From assembly GCA_028534125.1 (NCBI GenBank), contig CM052817.1:77378001-77442000 (forward strand): 64,000 nt of DNA. The letters run 5' to 3'. Shown one piece after another: positions 26,845 to 40,540 of the stretch (positions are counted from its first letter, which is position 1; every line of letters starts with the position of its first letter). Made by a program: the position numbers and the translations under genes. Source of the stretch: Lama glama. Lineage: Eukaryota. The notes below the pieces were generated by a model, which saw nothing but the letters and a program-made list of their open reading frames with translations, was not told the origin of the DNA and did not search any database.

Positions 26845-27619
26845 AGAGTAATGAACAGACTGGCAGTTGAGGGGGTGGGGTGGGAGGAGGGAAGGTGTAG
26901 GAGTCCAGTTCCTGGTTCTGGCTTGGGCAGGATTTAGATCTTTTGAGGCCCTAAGCACACAAAAGACTATAGCACCACCACTGCTCCCATTATGTAATTC
27001 AAATAACACTTTAATATTTTTAATGACACATGACTTACCTGTATGCTGAAATTAGGATAATTGTTTTTCTAGATTTAAGAAGCTAGTCAGATCTGATCTC
27101 TCTCTCTCTCTCTCTCTGTCTGCCTCCCGGACATAGGCTTGCTTTCTCTATTCTAACACCATCCTAGCCCTTACTGATAGTGTGATTTTGGCAGAGTCCG
27201 TTACCACTCTGGGTCTGCTTGTTCATTTATAAAGTTGGCATATCATATTCTTTTAATCCCTATGAGTCTATTAGAGATCATTCTCTTTCACCTTTCAAAG
27301 CAAAGCAACAATTTAAAATACTTCTGCTCTGGCTTGTATATCCTACTGACTTATACAGCATAGAGAATTCCAGTCTGGATGAGACAAGACATCCTGTATA
27401 TTCATTCAGTGATAAATCTGATTATACTCACTCTACAAATATTTACTTAATACTTACCATTTAATAGCTCCTGAGTGTACAGTGATGAGCAGAGCAGACA
27501 TACTATTTGTCTTGTCCAATTAGTTTACTTCCATGGAGCTTGCAGTCTACTGAATATAATGGTGGAGTCTGGGAAACAGCCCAGGTGTGTAATTTCCAGG
27601 ACCTACCCTTAATCACCAT

Positions 27620-27760
27620 CTAGCATAGTGGTAAATAACCTTGATTCTGTAGTCAGGTGGCTTGGGTTCAAATTCCAGTTCTGTCATTTCCTTGCTTTGT
27701 GACCTTGAGTAAGTTTCTTAACCTCTCTGTCCTGCTATTGCCTTTTCTTTAAAACGGCTA
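27620..27760 (+). mobile_element. MIR SINE
   Basis: tagcatagtggt...cttgggttcaaattccag...gtgaccttgagtaagtttcttaacctctctgt. Confidence 0.75.
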
Positions 27761-29556
27761 ACAACAGCAAGGCCACATGCCCAAGATGTATCTCCTATGT
27801 ACTTGCTCCACAGAGCATGCCCAGCTTTAGGCCAAAGAAGGAAGGATGATTCTCTTCCCAGTTTGTGTCCTACTCTGGCATCTGGGTTAGACAGCATTAT
27901 CCTAGAAGTTTTTAGAGAAAACAACCTTTCTGGTTTTACTCAAAGTCCATTCTGTCTTCCCCACCCTCTCCCCTGTGGTTGAAAAATATCCTTGGCAGCT
28001 TAAATGAGGAGATCATGTGTAAATGTAAGCCAGATTTCTTCTGTTTCCTGGTTCTTCTCTTTGACCTCCCACACACAAAATAATGAATCCACTTCACAGA
28101 AAAATATTGCTGAGAAATGTGACAAAGGATATTTTGGAAACGAAGAGAGAATTCACAGCACACACTCTAGAGGTGACTGCCTAAAAGTTCCCTGCAGTTA
28201 TTTCCCCATTTCTTTCCCCAGATTCTCCTTTCCTGCCAGGTTACCAGTAAAGGTGCCATTCTTTCCCTTCCCGGTGTCTTGCATCCCCATAAAACTGCAA
28301 AGATACAAAAATTAACCTTCAAGTTCATCCAAGTCAGGAAATATCCTCAAAAGATGTACTCTGCTTACTTTTCTGTGTTCCCACCTTCATTGAGTTCATG
28401 GCCTGAATATTCTAGCTTGTGGATACAATCAAGATTTTTTTCCAACCAACATTTTATGTTGTTTTTAGCAACAGGCTCAGTCTGGGCACTAAATACATCA
28501 GGTTGCCCTTCACAGTTTGTGCAGTCTGATACTGAGTCAAGTTGCCTGATCACTCTGCTTGGTGATCAGCTTAATACAAAGTCACAGTGTTTAAATCATT
28601 ATGCTGAGATTTCTGTTTCAGTGAGTCAGTTGCATTATCTTTCTGCACCACTTTTGCCTTAAGCAATAAAATACTGCTGTAGTAGAAAGAGAGCTAAAAA
28701 AGATACAGCTAACAAAGAATCCTAATTCTGGACCTCTTAAAAGAGTCCAAACCATAACTGTTTTCTTTGCCTTGCCCTGTTTAGGAGTCTGCTGAGTTGG
28801 CCTTCACATTAGGAAAGTTGATTGTTCAAAAATGTTTGAACATTTTCTCACTAACCCATGTTTGGGTGTGCCTTTGGAATAACAAAAGATGAAGAAACTA
28901 AATGAATTTAATTTGATCCTCATTTTGAACTAAATATTGAAAGTAAGCAATAAAAAAAATGGAAGTAGGAATATACACCTGGAATCCAGCTTGTGAATTT
29001 GTTTCCATAACAGACGTCCCAGGGGCCCTAAAATAGAGTGTGAGACTATTCCATTGTAAGACTGGAAGCTAAGAGACATCACCTAATTCAACCCTCTCCC
29101 GTTACTGATGAGGAAACCAAATTCCAGAAAAGTTATGTGACCTGTTTAGCATCACATAATAGAAGCAATTCCAGGACTAGATCTCATGATTCCCAGGAAC
29201 TTATTTCTTTCAATTATATCATGCTGTCATGTACTATGCAGATTCCGTTTTACCAAAAAGTAATAAACATGTTTAATAAACTTGGTAGATTATCTAAATT
29301 TAGTAAAATACTTTTAGTACCTTATGACAGAGATTTATGAAAAATAAACAAAAACAATCTATTGGAGCCCCTCAAAAAAACAAACCAGCAGATAAAAAAC
29401 AAAACAAAACAAACTTTCCATTACAGGGTATAGATTAATTTTTTTATCTCCCAGTCTCTTTGTTGTCTTTACCAGCTCAGTAGTTAGAAAACTAGGAAAC
29501 ATCAAAGTTACTTAGGGATGCCTTTATTATTAAATTCATTTTTAAATAATAAAAAT

Positions 29557-29623
29557 TTTAGAAATTTATTTAGAAATTTATTTAGAAATAAACTTAGAAA
29601 TTTATTTAGATATTTAGAAATAA
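29557..29623. repeat. 12-bp degenerate tandem repeat (tttagaaattta), about 5 copies
   Basis: Directly visible tandem units. Confidence 0.8.
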
Positions 29624-30894
29624 AAATCTTTCATCAGGCTTCTCTGCCATTATCACTACTTAAAAGATCCAAATAAATGGTAGGTAAGGAGCTACAGAGC
29701 TACAGGTGAGGGCGAATGTGAACTGAAGATCTACCAGGAGTGAACCTTAGAATTCAAATAAAGGAGGTCAGAGCCAGAGATAGAGAGAGGGGACAAATAT
29801 CTTCATCATTACTCATGATAAGGCAGCAGCAAATCGCCTTGACCGAGGAACCATGAAGGACTATTAGGTATTAGAAGCAAACCACAGAAGTGATATGTCA
29901 GGACAGCTCTGAAGGATCTGATTTGATGCATCCACTCATGATATGTGAATAACTGTATATTCAGAGTCACATATTTTTACCTCAGATATCACACAATTGT
30001 GAATTTCCCGGTAAGGAAGCAATAATAACTCATACTTGAGATTGTTTTGGGACACATTAGAGCTTTAACCTCCTATTTCAAAAATATAATCAAGGATTCC
30101 AATAGATAATCTAGGTTCTTTGCTGCCAGTACATTCCAGATTCCACAGGTTCACAGGATTTTTAGTTACCTAGGAGTAATCAGAGCCAGCAGACATTTTT
30201 GTTTGTTTGTTTTCTTTTGTTATAAGTTTAGGCATAGAAAGCTCGCCTATCTAGTACTGGTTTTGTTCCCCATCTGCAAGAGATCAAAGTTAGTATGGAA
30301 AGTATCTCCGGCATGAGTAAGTTGTGAAATCAAAACAATTGCATGAGTCAGGAGAGTTTACTTTTTAGATAAAGACTCATGAGCAAAAACTGAAGAAGGG
30401 ATAAGCACACTACATACCAATAATAAAAAGTGCTCAGTCAACAAAATTTAGAAGGAGATTGCTCTATAAAAATCAAATTTCAAAAAATGAGTTAAAAAAA
30501 AGGTTAATTAAATGCCAACATTATTAGCAAAAATTACCAAGAGTATCAAGCAATATGCTAGGTAACTGGTTGTGAAGGATGACTAATAAAAGAAATATCA
30601 TTTCTTCCTGACAGAGTTTTTGCTCCAAAATGAACACAATGATAGAGATGCAAGCAAAAAAAAAAAAAAAAACTGGACACATTTTTAATACTATTGCCAG
30701 AGGAAAAAATTCCTCTAACTTAACTTTCATATTTCCAAAATTTATTTAGCTATTTTTAGGGCTTTTCCTCCAACTGGAAATTTGATGAATATGAAAAAAA
30801 AGTTAATGGAAGAAACAAATCAGAGTATAGAGTTCATGGAAAATGGAAGGATGATAAGAAGAGAAAGATTGAATCAAGATGGTGCCAGAGATGA

Positions 30895-31400
30895 TCCATT
30901 CACTTACTCCTTCTTTTTTTCTTTCTCCAGCAAATAATCATTGAGCGCCATGTATTCTTCCAGGCACTGGGGTACAGCAGGGAACAAAACAAAATACTTT
31001 CCTTCATGGCGCTTGTATTCTAGTGCATGGGTGGGCCATGTCAATAACTATTTTAGGCTTTGTGAGCCATACAGTCTCTTTAATGAGTACTTAACTGTCT
31101 TTGTAAGTGTCAGTGCCATCACAGAAAGACAGACAAGTGGCCATAGTTGTGTTTCAATAAAATCTGTTTTTATTAAAACAAATGGCAGGCCAATTTGTCC
31201 CTCAAGCTGTAGTTAGCCAACCTCTGTGGAAGGAGACAAGAAAATGTGTAATATCATTTCAGGTAATGATAACTGCCTTGAAAACAGGCTGAGGAGATAG
31301 AAGGCAATGCCATGGGAGAGCTGCTATTTTTAGAGAAAGTATTTTTAATGATAATGAAGCAGCAAACCTGAATGAAGTGAGGTTGTTAGAGAGGACCCAG
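30895..31400 (-). mobile_element. L2 3' end with a nested MER58A-like element (about 31025-31226)
   Basis: ccaggcactggggtacagcagggaacaaaaca for L2; tattttaggctttgtgagccatacagtctct...gtagttagccaacctctg for MER58. Confidence 0.65.
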
Positions 31401-34400
31401 TGCACAAGTGGAAAGCTTGACTCTAAATAAGAGCATGGATAATTAATCTGTTAGAATAGGGAAAAGAGGCAAAATATAATATTACAGAAGCAGGTAAGTT
31501 GGCATATATGGTTAGAAGAATGTGGATGTTCTTTGGGACTGCTGATGGAAAGTGATGATTAGGGCTATGCCGAACACACACTCAAGTCTTATTTCTATTC
31601 TTTACTCTCTGATGACAATAAATTCAATAAGTATTGTGGGCAGATAAGAAATCTACATGAGGAAATTTAATAGCATTTTTTTAATGGAGGCAAGAGATGT
31701 AGTTGGGGAGGAGGAGGAAGTACATTCCAGGAATGACGAGTGGATAGTGCAACAGCTTTGAGGAATATTATATGACCTGGACATAGGAATTGAAATCACA
31801 TTGCTCAACTGAGTGCATGTATTCTGATGTGCAATGATTGTTATTACATAAGAAAGGTAAGAAGTGATCAGAAGAATAAAGAAAGTGTTATTAAAAGTTT
31901 AAATATTTGATCAGCAATATTGTCTATCCATGGGGGCCCTGCAGGTTTCTGTGAAGGAGAAGTAAAAGGCAATACTTAAAGGAAGGTGAAAATTCCTATT
32001 AATATCTGCTTTACTGTGAGACACCAACAAAGAGGTCTGTTGTTCCAGTCCAACTGGGGTCACTTCTGACTTGTCTCATGAAAGACATCAAAGTATAGAT
32101 CAACAAGGCAAATTTTATGTAATCAAAGCTCATGAGAAAAATTGTGTAGAGACAACTGCAATATAGGAACTAACATCATATATTGTTTAGAATTAGGAAA
32201 GGAGAAAGAAAAATTAACTTGATAATTAAGAATGATCAATATGTATGTAAAATTCATTTCTAAGCACTAAAGCACTGTATGTACAATCTTATTTCATGAG
32301 AAATGAATTCTAGAAATCACTCATGTCCAGACAACAGTGATACCGGTGAGTCAGAGCTAACAGTGCCTCTCTTCAAATGTTACATCATACCAGGTAGATG
32401 CCTAGTGGGTGTAAACTGTATTTCAAAATGAGAGGGCATGCGTCACGCTGCCTCATTCCTTTTGCCTACTTACAGTGTGACTCTAGACTGCCTGAACTTC
32501 AAAACCTTTGTTCTCCAGGAACAATCAACTCTTAAGGCAAAGTTTGTCCAATGAAATTAACAACTGACAAGGAATCTTTTAACATCTCAAAATAAAACTG
32601 GGAGGTTTGTATGCCAACCACAGGAACAAATTCTAATTCAAGTTGGTGTCTTCTCAGAGAGAAATTTGACAAGTCCACTCATTCTGCACTAGAATTTAGC
32701 CTGTGAGTTTGAAGGGGAAGCAATGGAGAAAAGGCAGATTGAGTCACCAGTGTATAACACTTATAACCAGGAGGGTTTCTTGTTCCCCTTTTGTCTGAGT
32801 AAATGACTCACTGTTGTTATCTTGAATAAGTCACTTAAGTTCCAAGCACTCAACTTCCTTCCATGTAGTAACAATGACCTGATACTAAGAAATCCTGAAA
32901 ATCCAATACAAGACAATGTCTTTTTTATGTTTACCAGCATCTAGCAGTAATTGATGACTAAGGAAAAAAAAGAAAGATCTACAATGCAAAGGTAATTCAT
33001 TTTTTATTATAGAATCTCTACCACTAAAGTTATTAATATTTCCTCTAGAAATGTTCTTTTTGAGGTATTTCAGCATGGGTTCTGGAATAGTTCATTCAAG
33101 AGCTAGGATTCAATTTTTTCTATACAAACAGGTTTTCAAACTACAGCTCTTTGTCTCGGTAAGAATAAGTGTGCTGGTGTTTTTTTTTGAATTCTTATAC
33201 TGTGTGCTCATGAATTTGTGTCCTAATCTGCTAGTTTAATCAAAGAACTCTCATCAAACTTAAGAAAAGTTTCAGCTTTAGTTCAGGAAGCATGACCTCA
33301 CTCATTAGGATTCAGAATAGTGACAAGAAAGAATGAGGGCTTCAGGAAGGTCTCTTCTCCACAATATAAAAAGTAGATTTAAAAAATTATTATTGTTATT
33401 TTTAATAAACAAATAAAAAAGGAAAAAGTATAACATAAGGGTTATGTACGTAGATTTTATAACCAACAGACCTGGTTCCATTTACTAGCTGTAGGTGGAG
33501 GGAAAGCTACTAAATCACCCCTTCTCAGACTTGTCATTTGCAAAATGGGGGCAGTGGAGCCTCATCCATGCATACTGCTGTGACAACTAAACAAGAAAAA
33601 TACATGTATAAAAAATTACATATAAAAATATATACACCATGAGTTTAGAATAATTTTATTCATTTCCGTTTCTGCTACTCAAATGCTTTCAACAAATTCT
33701 TCTTTAGAAAGAAGTGATTTTTCAAATTCTTCACAATTACCCACCAAGTATACAGTAGGTATCACATCAGTGTTTTGCTTCTCACTGGGGACAAAATGAA
33801 TTTTATACCAAACCCTATAGCTTACTTTTATGTATTATTTCAAATCCTCAAAATCTTAAGAATTTCAGTTATTCTGAAGAAATTAGTATTTGTAGATCAG
33901 ATATCAAAATGTAGATCATTGTTCTGGCAAATAATATCTTGGAATCTAAGAGTTAGCAAAGCAGAAATGCCTAAGAAAAATAGGAATAAAAAAATAGAGG
34001 GACTAATCCTTACCTTCTTTAGCCTCAGAGTATAAATAATTGAGCCTCGTAATAACATGACACTTTATGCTTTGTACACTAAAAATAAAACAAAAGGCAC
34101 TTGTAACAAACTCAGTTCTCTGAGAGCCAATGGCATGCCTCCCTGCTCGTCACATTTTGTAAGCCAGGACTTGAGAAATCAGGTGACTTGGCAACGAAAA
34201 ATAAATAACATGCACATCCATAGAAAGCCTATAAACCAGGACTGATGAGTAACCTGAAAACGCAAGAGTCTACCTCCCTTTTATTGTTGTTGCCTCTTGC
34301 TTCTATTGCCTTTTATTGCCTCTATTGGTGGTAACAGAAACTGAGCATGGTAAGGAAAAAAAGAGATTGCTTAAACTGACTTGGCACTGAGTCCTGTCAC

Positions 34401-35262
34401 ACAGCATTGCAGGTCAATGAGAACACAAGCAGAATTTGACATGACCTTTTTAAAATCTTCACTGTAACTTTGGTCTCTCTCTTAATTGAATGATGGATCT
34501 ATGGTTGGTTTTGTCTTTAATGTTCTTCATTGAATATTTTTATTAAATGAGCATTTATTGTTGTTATTGTTGTTACTGATGCTTTGCTAATTAGTTCAAT
34601 AAAAATGACCATATCCAAATGGTCAAGGACAGACTACTGAGAGGGAGTGGCCAAGATGGTGGAATAGGAAGACTCTGAGGTCACCTCCTCCCACGGGCAC
34701 ATCAAAATTACAAATATTTACAGAGAAACTATTAATGAGAAGTTTTGGAAGACAAGCAGAAAAGATCTTCTACCACTAAAGATACAAAGAAGGAACCATA
34801 TAACAAGGTGTGTAGGAGGAGCTGAGATGCAGTATAGTCAAGACCCACACCTACAGGTGGGTGACCCACAAATGGGAGGACAATTACAATTGCTGAGACT
34901 CCCCCCAAGAAGTGAGGGGTTGAAGCCCCACATCAGACTCCCATGGGGCAGAAGCAGTAATTTGAAAGGTCACTGGGTAAGATCCATCTGCTGATGTTGG
35001 AGAGCCTCCCAGAGACGCAGAAGGCAGCTGAAGCCCACTATGGGGATATAAACACTGGCATCAGCCATTTTTGGGAGCTTGTTCTACCACATGGACACTG
35101 GTGCTGGTGAGCTCCTTTTTGACATCCTCCCTCTAGTGTAAGCACCAGGACCCAGCCTGGCCCACCAGCCTGTCCATACCAGTACTGGGATGCCTCAGGA
35201 CCAGCAATTAGCCAGGCAGTGACACAGCCCCACCCACCAGTAGGCCTGCTCCATTACAACCC

Positions 35263-35739
35263 TGTAACCTAGCAGGACTCTGTGGGGTCTTCCAGGGTCA
35301 GAACCCTCCCCCATGTCCTCTGCTGTAGCTCCTCTCTGAAAAGCCCAGGTAAAAGTATCTCATGTATATTCCCCGAGTTTTTCAGATGCTTAAAACTACC
35401 ACCAAAGGGAAGAAATTAACTACTTGATGATCAAGGGTGCATAGCCCCCACACCTTCTGGTGCCTAGGGGTTGATGGTGTTGACCACCCTGTTACCTCAA
35501 CATCAACCAGTCAGAGAATTGTGCACGAGCTGATCACGTACCTTGCGAACCCCTTCCCTTACCTGGCCTTTAAATGTGCTTTGCTGAAACCCTTTGGCGA
35601 GTTCAGGGTTTTCTTGGGCATGAGCCACCCCATCCTCCTTGCTAGGCCCTGAAATAAACTTTTCTCTGCTCCAAACTTCAATGTTTCAGTTTGTTTGGAC
35701 TCATGGTGCGGTGGGCAAACAAACTTCCCTTTGGTAACA
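35263..35739 (+). mobile_element. Solo LTR inserted in the L1 5' UTR
   Basis: tgtaacc...ggtaaca ends, flanks aaccc/agccc (5 bp, one mismatch), AATAAA at 35653-35658. Confidence 0.8.
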
Positions 35740-35759
35740 AGCCCCTGGGCTCACAGTCA

Positions 35760-36560
35760 CCCCAGATGGAAGCCCTGTCCACCAGAGAGGCCAGGACCTG
35801 GTCCTGCACACCTTGCACTGACATAAGGCCCTGAATCAGCTCCACCCACCAGTTGGTAGGCACCATTCCTCCTAGCCCTCCCACCAGTGGACTGAACACC
35901 AACTTTGTGATCCCCTGGGTCCTGCAGCCAGAGACCAGGTCTGCCCACAGTGGGCCAGTACTAGATCCAGGATCCAGCCACCAACCACCCAGCAGGCACT
36001 AGCCCTGGGACCCCCTGGACCCAAACCCTGACTACCAGCAGACCAACACCAGTTTTCGGATACCTTGGGCCCCTCAGCCATCTGCTCCAGGGTCTGGTCC
36101 CACCCACCAGTGGTTCAATACCAGCTCTGGGACACCTTGGACCCTGCATTTGGCAGTGTTAGGAAATCAGCCCCACCCACCAGCAGGCTGACAACAGCTC
36201 TGTGACTCCCAGGGCCCTGTAGCCAGAGACCCAGGAACCCAGCTCTGCCCATACGTGGGCCAGCATTAGCCTCAGGATCCCCTGGGATCCAGCTCTACTC
36301 ACCAGCAGGCCAACACAAGCTTTGGGACATTCTGGACTTCACAGCCAGTGTGTCAGAAAACAGCCCAACAAATCAGTAGTTCAGCACTAGATCTGGGACC
36401 CCCAGCCCTGCAATCAACCACTCCTGAATCCAGCTCTGCTCACCACTGGCCCAACACTAGCCCTGAGATCCTATGGGGTCCCACAGCCAACAACCTTGTG
36501 ACCAGGCCCTGACCACCAGTGGACAGCAGCCTCTGCACAAGGCAGGATCTGGCAACCAAC
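35760..36560 (+). repeat. Degenerate tandem array (about 12 units of about 50-70 bp) in the L1 5' UTR
   Basis: Recurring cagctc(c/t)(a/g)cccaccagtgg...cac(c/t)ag-like core near 35837, 35876, 35941, 36028, 36098, 36171, 36243, 36293, 36364, 36434 and 36508. Confidence 0.7.
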
Positions 36561-37589
36561 TGAACTGGGGGCCAGCCAGCCTACTAGACCACACCCACAG
36601 TAGTCAGCCCCCAACAGAAGGACCTATATAGTCCAAATAGGAGGTACTTCTGAAGCATATAGCTCTGGTGACCAGAGGGGAGCAGGCTGCTGGGATGCAT
36701 AGAACATCTCCTACAAAAGATCATTCTCCAAGGTGAGGAAATATAACCAAAGTACCAAACACATAGAAATAAAAACAATAAATTAGCCAAAATGAGAGAA
36801 CAGAGAAATATACTCCAAACAAAGGAACAAGATAAAACCCCAGAAGAACTAATCTGGTGATATGCAATCTAATTGAAAATTCTAGCCACAGCAATCAGAT
36901 AAAGAAAAAAGAGAAATTGAAATTTGAAAGGAAGAAATAAAACTGTCACTGTTTACAGATGACATGATACTAAACATAGAAAATCCTTAAGGCACCACCA
37001 AAAACTACTAGAGCTTATCAATGAATTTGGTAAACTTGCAGGATACAAAATTAATATACATAATTCTGTTGTATTTCTATACATTAAAAATGAACCATCA
37101 GAAAGAAATTAAGAAGACATTCCCATTTACAATCACATCAAAAAGAATAAAATGAAGAATAAATCTAACTAAATACGTAAAAGACCTATACTTGGAAAAC
37201 TATTAGATGTTGATTAAAGAAGCTGAAGCCAATACAGACAGATGGAAAGATATACTGTGTTCATGGATCAGAAGAATGAATAATGTTAAAATGGTCCTGC
37301 TACTCAAGGCAATCTACAGATTCAGTGCAATTACTATCAAAATATCAAAGGCATTTTTCACAGAACCAGAACAAATAATTCTAAAATTTGTACAGAAACA
37401 CAAAAGATCATGAATAGCAAAAACAGTCTTGAGGAAGAACAAAGCTGGTGGTATCACACTCCCTAATCGCAAACTATAATACCAAGCTGCAGTAATCAAA
37501 ACAGTACGGTACTGGCACAGAAACAGACACATAGATCAATGGAACAGAACAGAGAGCCCACTTATATGGGCAATTAATCTTGTTTGAAG

Positions 37590-38170
37590 TTGAAGAAACC
37601 TAATTAGAACTAGCTTAGGCAAAGGAAAAGGAGGCATTTACCGGCTCAGGAAACCAAATGAGCATAGGATAGAAACACAGTGGCCATCAGGAGCAACTGG
37701 ATCAGAGACATGAATGCTACCAGCTCCCTCTCTTTCACCTCTGTCTCTGTCTGTATGTCAGTTTCCTTCTCTTGGACTAGCACTCTCAATGTGGCTACCA
37801 CAACAACTTCCAGTGGATTCCTCTGGTTCCCATCTGAATAGTGTCCCAATCAGAAAAGAGGATGCTCTCCTCACATCACCTCCCTCACCTTCCTCCATCC
37901 CTCATCTCATCCAGGTTTAAAAATAAAATGTGAGGAAAGACTCTAATCTGTAAAAGAGATTCCAGGGTCTCTTCATGCATTCATGAGCTGGGTCAGGAAG
38001 ATTGTTTTTATTAGTTCACCTTAGATCAACTGGCCACTCCAAGATCAGACTACGTCGCCCAAAATATTGAGGTCACATAAGACGAGGCAGCTGCTAATCA
38101 GATCATATGCTGGAGGGAAGGGTGGAAGAGCAGTTTTCCACAAGAACAAGGGTAGCACAGACATGATCCC
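37590..38170 (-). mobile_element. Old MLT1-type LTR (tentative)
   Basis: aactagcttaggcaaagg...ggcattta, ctgggtcaggaag, and gcagttttccacaag; strongly diverged. Confidence 0.45.
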
Positions 38171-39950
38171 CATGAGACTTGATTCTACCACAGTAGCCCC
38201 TGGATCTTAGGCCAAGTTCTTTAACTTCCTTACTTTCCTAAACTACAAAATGGGTAAAATTATAATATTTAATTCACAGAATTATTGTGGAGTTTTAAAA
38301 TTAATGTATGATAAAGTTATCTTGAAAAACACAAAATGCTTTACAAACAAATACATTTTCAGTTTTTTTCATCGGACTGGTAGATTTCTGGAATCTGGTT
38401 TAAGCCAGCAAAGAACTCCTTCCCTTGGCCCCATTTTGTGCATCAGTTTCCTTGGGAAGTGTTTTAATAATTAGGTTAGTTGTTGCGAGCACATTACATC
38501 AAATACAAAAAGGTACATTAGCAAAAATTAGGTCCAACAATTTAAAACATCAAGCTTAAAGGAGCAAAAGTATATTTCATTTCAGCAAAAAAAAAAATAC
38601 AGCTGTTTCTGCTTTATAATCTAATATCTAAATTTTGGATTAGTACAAAGAAATGTGTCTTCTGGAGAATGTAGCTGAATATTTATCTTTAATAGAAAAA
38701 TAAATTTTTCTTACTACCTCTTACTCCAAGTATTCTGAATCCTTCTTTTTCATACTGATTAATGTCAGGAGATAATACAAATTTCATGCTGCTGAAAAGG
38801 AAACCGAGGTAGGAATATTTACAGCTCACCTGCAGTGGTAAGTGACATTACTCAAGTGATGACACCAATGCAAAATCCTTGCCATCCCTCCCCACATTAA
38901 GAGCTTTCACCATTTCTTCAACTGACTGTGATTAATTTAGCATAAATTGACTTTGGAATTGATACATATGGTTCTTGGTAAAGTACGTAAAACAGGCAGC
39001 CAGCTCACAATGAACGTGTATAAGGCCTCCCTAGACTTATAGTTCTGTTGGATATTCCTGTCCTACACAACTTTTCTCTGGCAGGAGGGTAAAGGGATTT
39101 AGGGGAAGGAGTGAATTTCTCAGTGTCAATCCTGCCAGTCTTAGCCCACCTCGACTCATCCTTATGAAAATAAAATGATTCTGCCTCATCCTTGGCATGC
39201 TATACACAAACTCAAAGCTCATCTCCTCTAGGAAGTGCTCTCTCTCAATACTCAAAACTGTCAGATGACTCTCCTTTGGGTCTCAGAGTATACTGTGCTT
39301 GTCCCTTCTATCAGGTACATCTCTTTCAGTGTCAAAATGCCAGAAAACACAAGTCAAATCAGTGTATGCAAGAAAAGACCATTTTCTTCAGCAATGAATG
39401 CATCTCCAGTGCTAGCACAGTGTGCAGCATTTATACATTCAAGAAATATTTACTGAGCATCCAAAGCACGTCAGCCTTTATTCCAATAGCTGTGCGGCTT
39501 CTTTTCTACTAGTTCCCTAAGTCCCTTGTTATGACTAGAACTCTGTCCTGCAGCCTAGTCCACTTGGCAGGAAATGAGCCCTTGCTTATTTCTCCATCTT
39601 CTCCTTCTCCTGGAGGCTATGTCTAGCACTAACTTGATGAGCTACCTGAATCATGATGCACCTATGCATTTAACTTCAAGCACAGCCACTGTCCATTCTC
39701 TACAGTGGCTATTTCAACTTCCATTATTCTTAAACCTCCTAGGTCATCACTGTTACCTTCTTTCCAGTAGGTGAGCTGAACTTTGTATCTGTACATTCTC
39801 AAAATTATCTGCACATACACCCATTGTTTCCTTCTTTCCTCCTTCCATTATGGACAATCCTCCCCTCTCTGGAAAAAAACAAATCCCTTCAACCTAAGTT
39901 CTGGATCCCATTCTCACTCTCTGTCACTTTGACTCTGAAGCAAAACTTTC

Positions 39951-40198
39951 TTTTTCTTTTTCTTTTTCTTTTTTTTTTAACATTTTTTATTGAGTTATAA
40001 TCATTTTACAATGTTGTGTCAAATTCCAGTGTAGAGCACAATTTTTCAGTTATACATGAACATTTTTTTCTCTGTGAGCTACCATAAGATCATGTATATA
40101 TTTCCCTGTGCTATACAGTATAATCTTGTTTATCTATTCTACATTTTGAAATCCCAGTCTGTGCCTTCCCAGCCCCCCGCCCCCTTGGCAACCACAAG
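39951..40198 (-). mobile_element. 5'-truncated young L1 3' end
   Basis: T-rich tail on the + strand and a 15-bp TSD tgaagca(a/c)aactttc (39936-39950 and 40199-40213). Similar to the reverse complement of 45606-45882. Confidence 0.85.
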
Positions 40199-40331
40199 TG
40201 AAGCACAACTTTCGTTTGATTGTATAAATTCTTACAAATCAGACATTAATTTTTTCATAGAGTACCTAAAAAATCCCCTATAGTAGCTGAGAAGATAACA
40301 AAGCAATGCTCCTAATAAGATTTTTATTAAG

Positions 40332-40540
40332 CAGGGTCTCTCAGCTCAGCACTGTTGACATTCTGGGCAATAACAGTGGGAGGTGGGAGGGTCCTGTGGA
40401 TTAGAGGATGGTTAACAGCATCTCTGGTCCCTACTCCCTGGATACCAGTGGCACCCCCAGTTGTGATAATCAAAAACATTTTCAGACATAGCCAAACACC
40501 CCCTGGGGGCAAAATTACCCCTGTTTGAGAATTATTATTA
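40332..40540. mobile_element. MER20-like hAT DNA transposon
   Basis: gcactgttgacattctgggc...ccccagttgtgataatcaaaaacattttcagacatagccaaacaccccctgggggcaaaatt. Confidence 0.8.

Larger units (their letters stand above)
34641..37580 (+). mobile_element. Degenerate L1: 5' UTR, ORF1 start and central ORF2 (RT) fragment; internally deleted, 3' end missing
   Basis: 5' end has ggccaagatggtgga (YY1-like). ORF1-start-like sequence lies near 36790-36870. RT-like KLSLFTDDMIL has its FTDD at 36952-36963, and track ORF 37207-37413 (WKDILCSWI...KAIYRFSAI.IKI) is L1 ORF2-like. Contains stops and frameshifts. Confidence 0.9.

Noticed and set aside
35760..36560. Spaced repeats suggesting a CRISPR-like array
   Set aside because: Eukaryotic context; the units are degenerate and the intervening sequence is also homologous, as expected for L1 5' UTR tandem repeats.
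37207..37532. ORFs with reverse-transcriptase-like sequence as a functional gene
   Set aside because: Fragments of a dead L1 ORF2 with stops, frameshifts and a large deletion.
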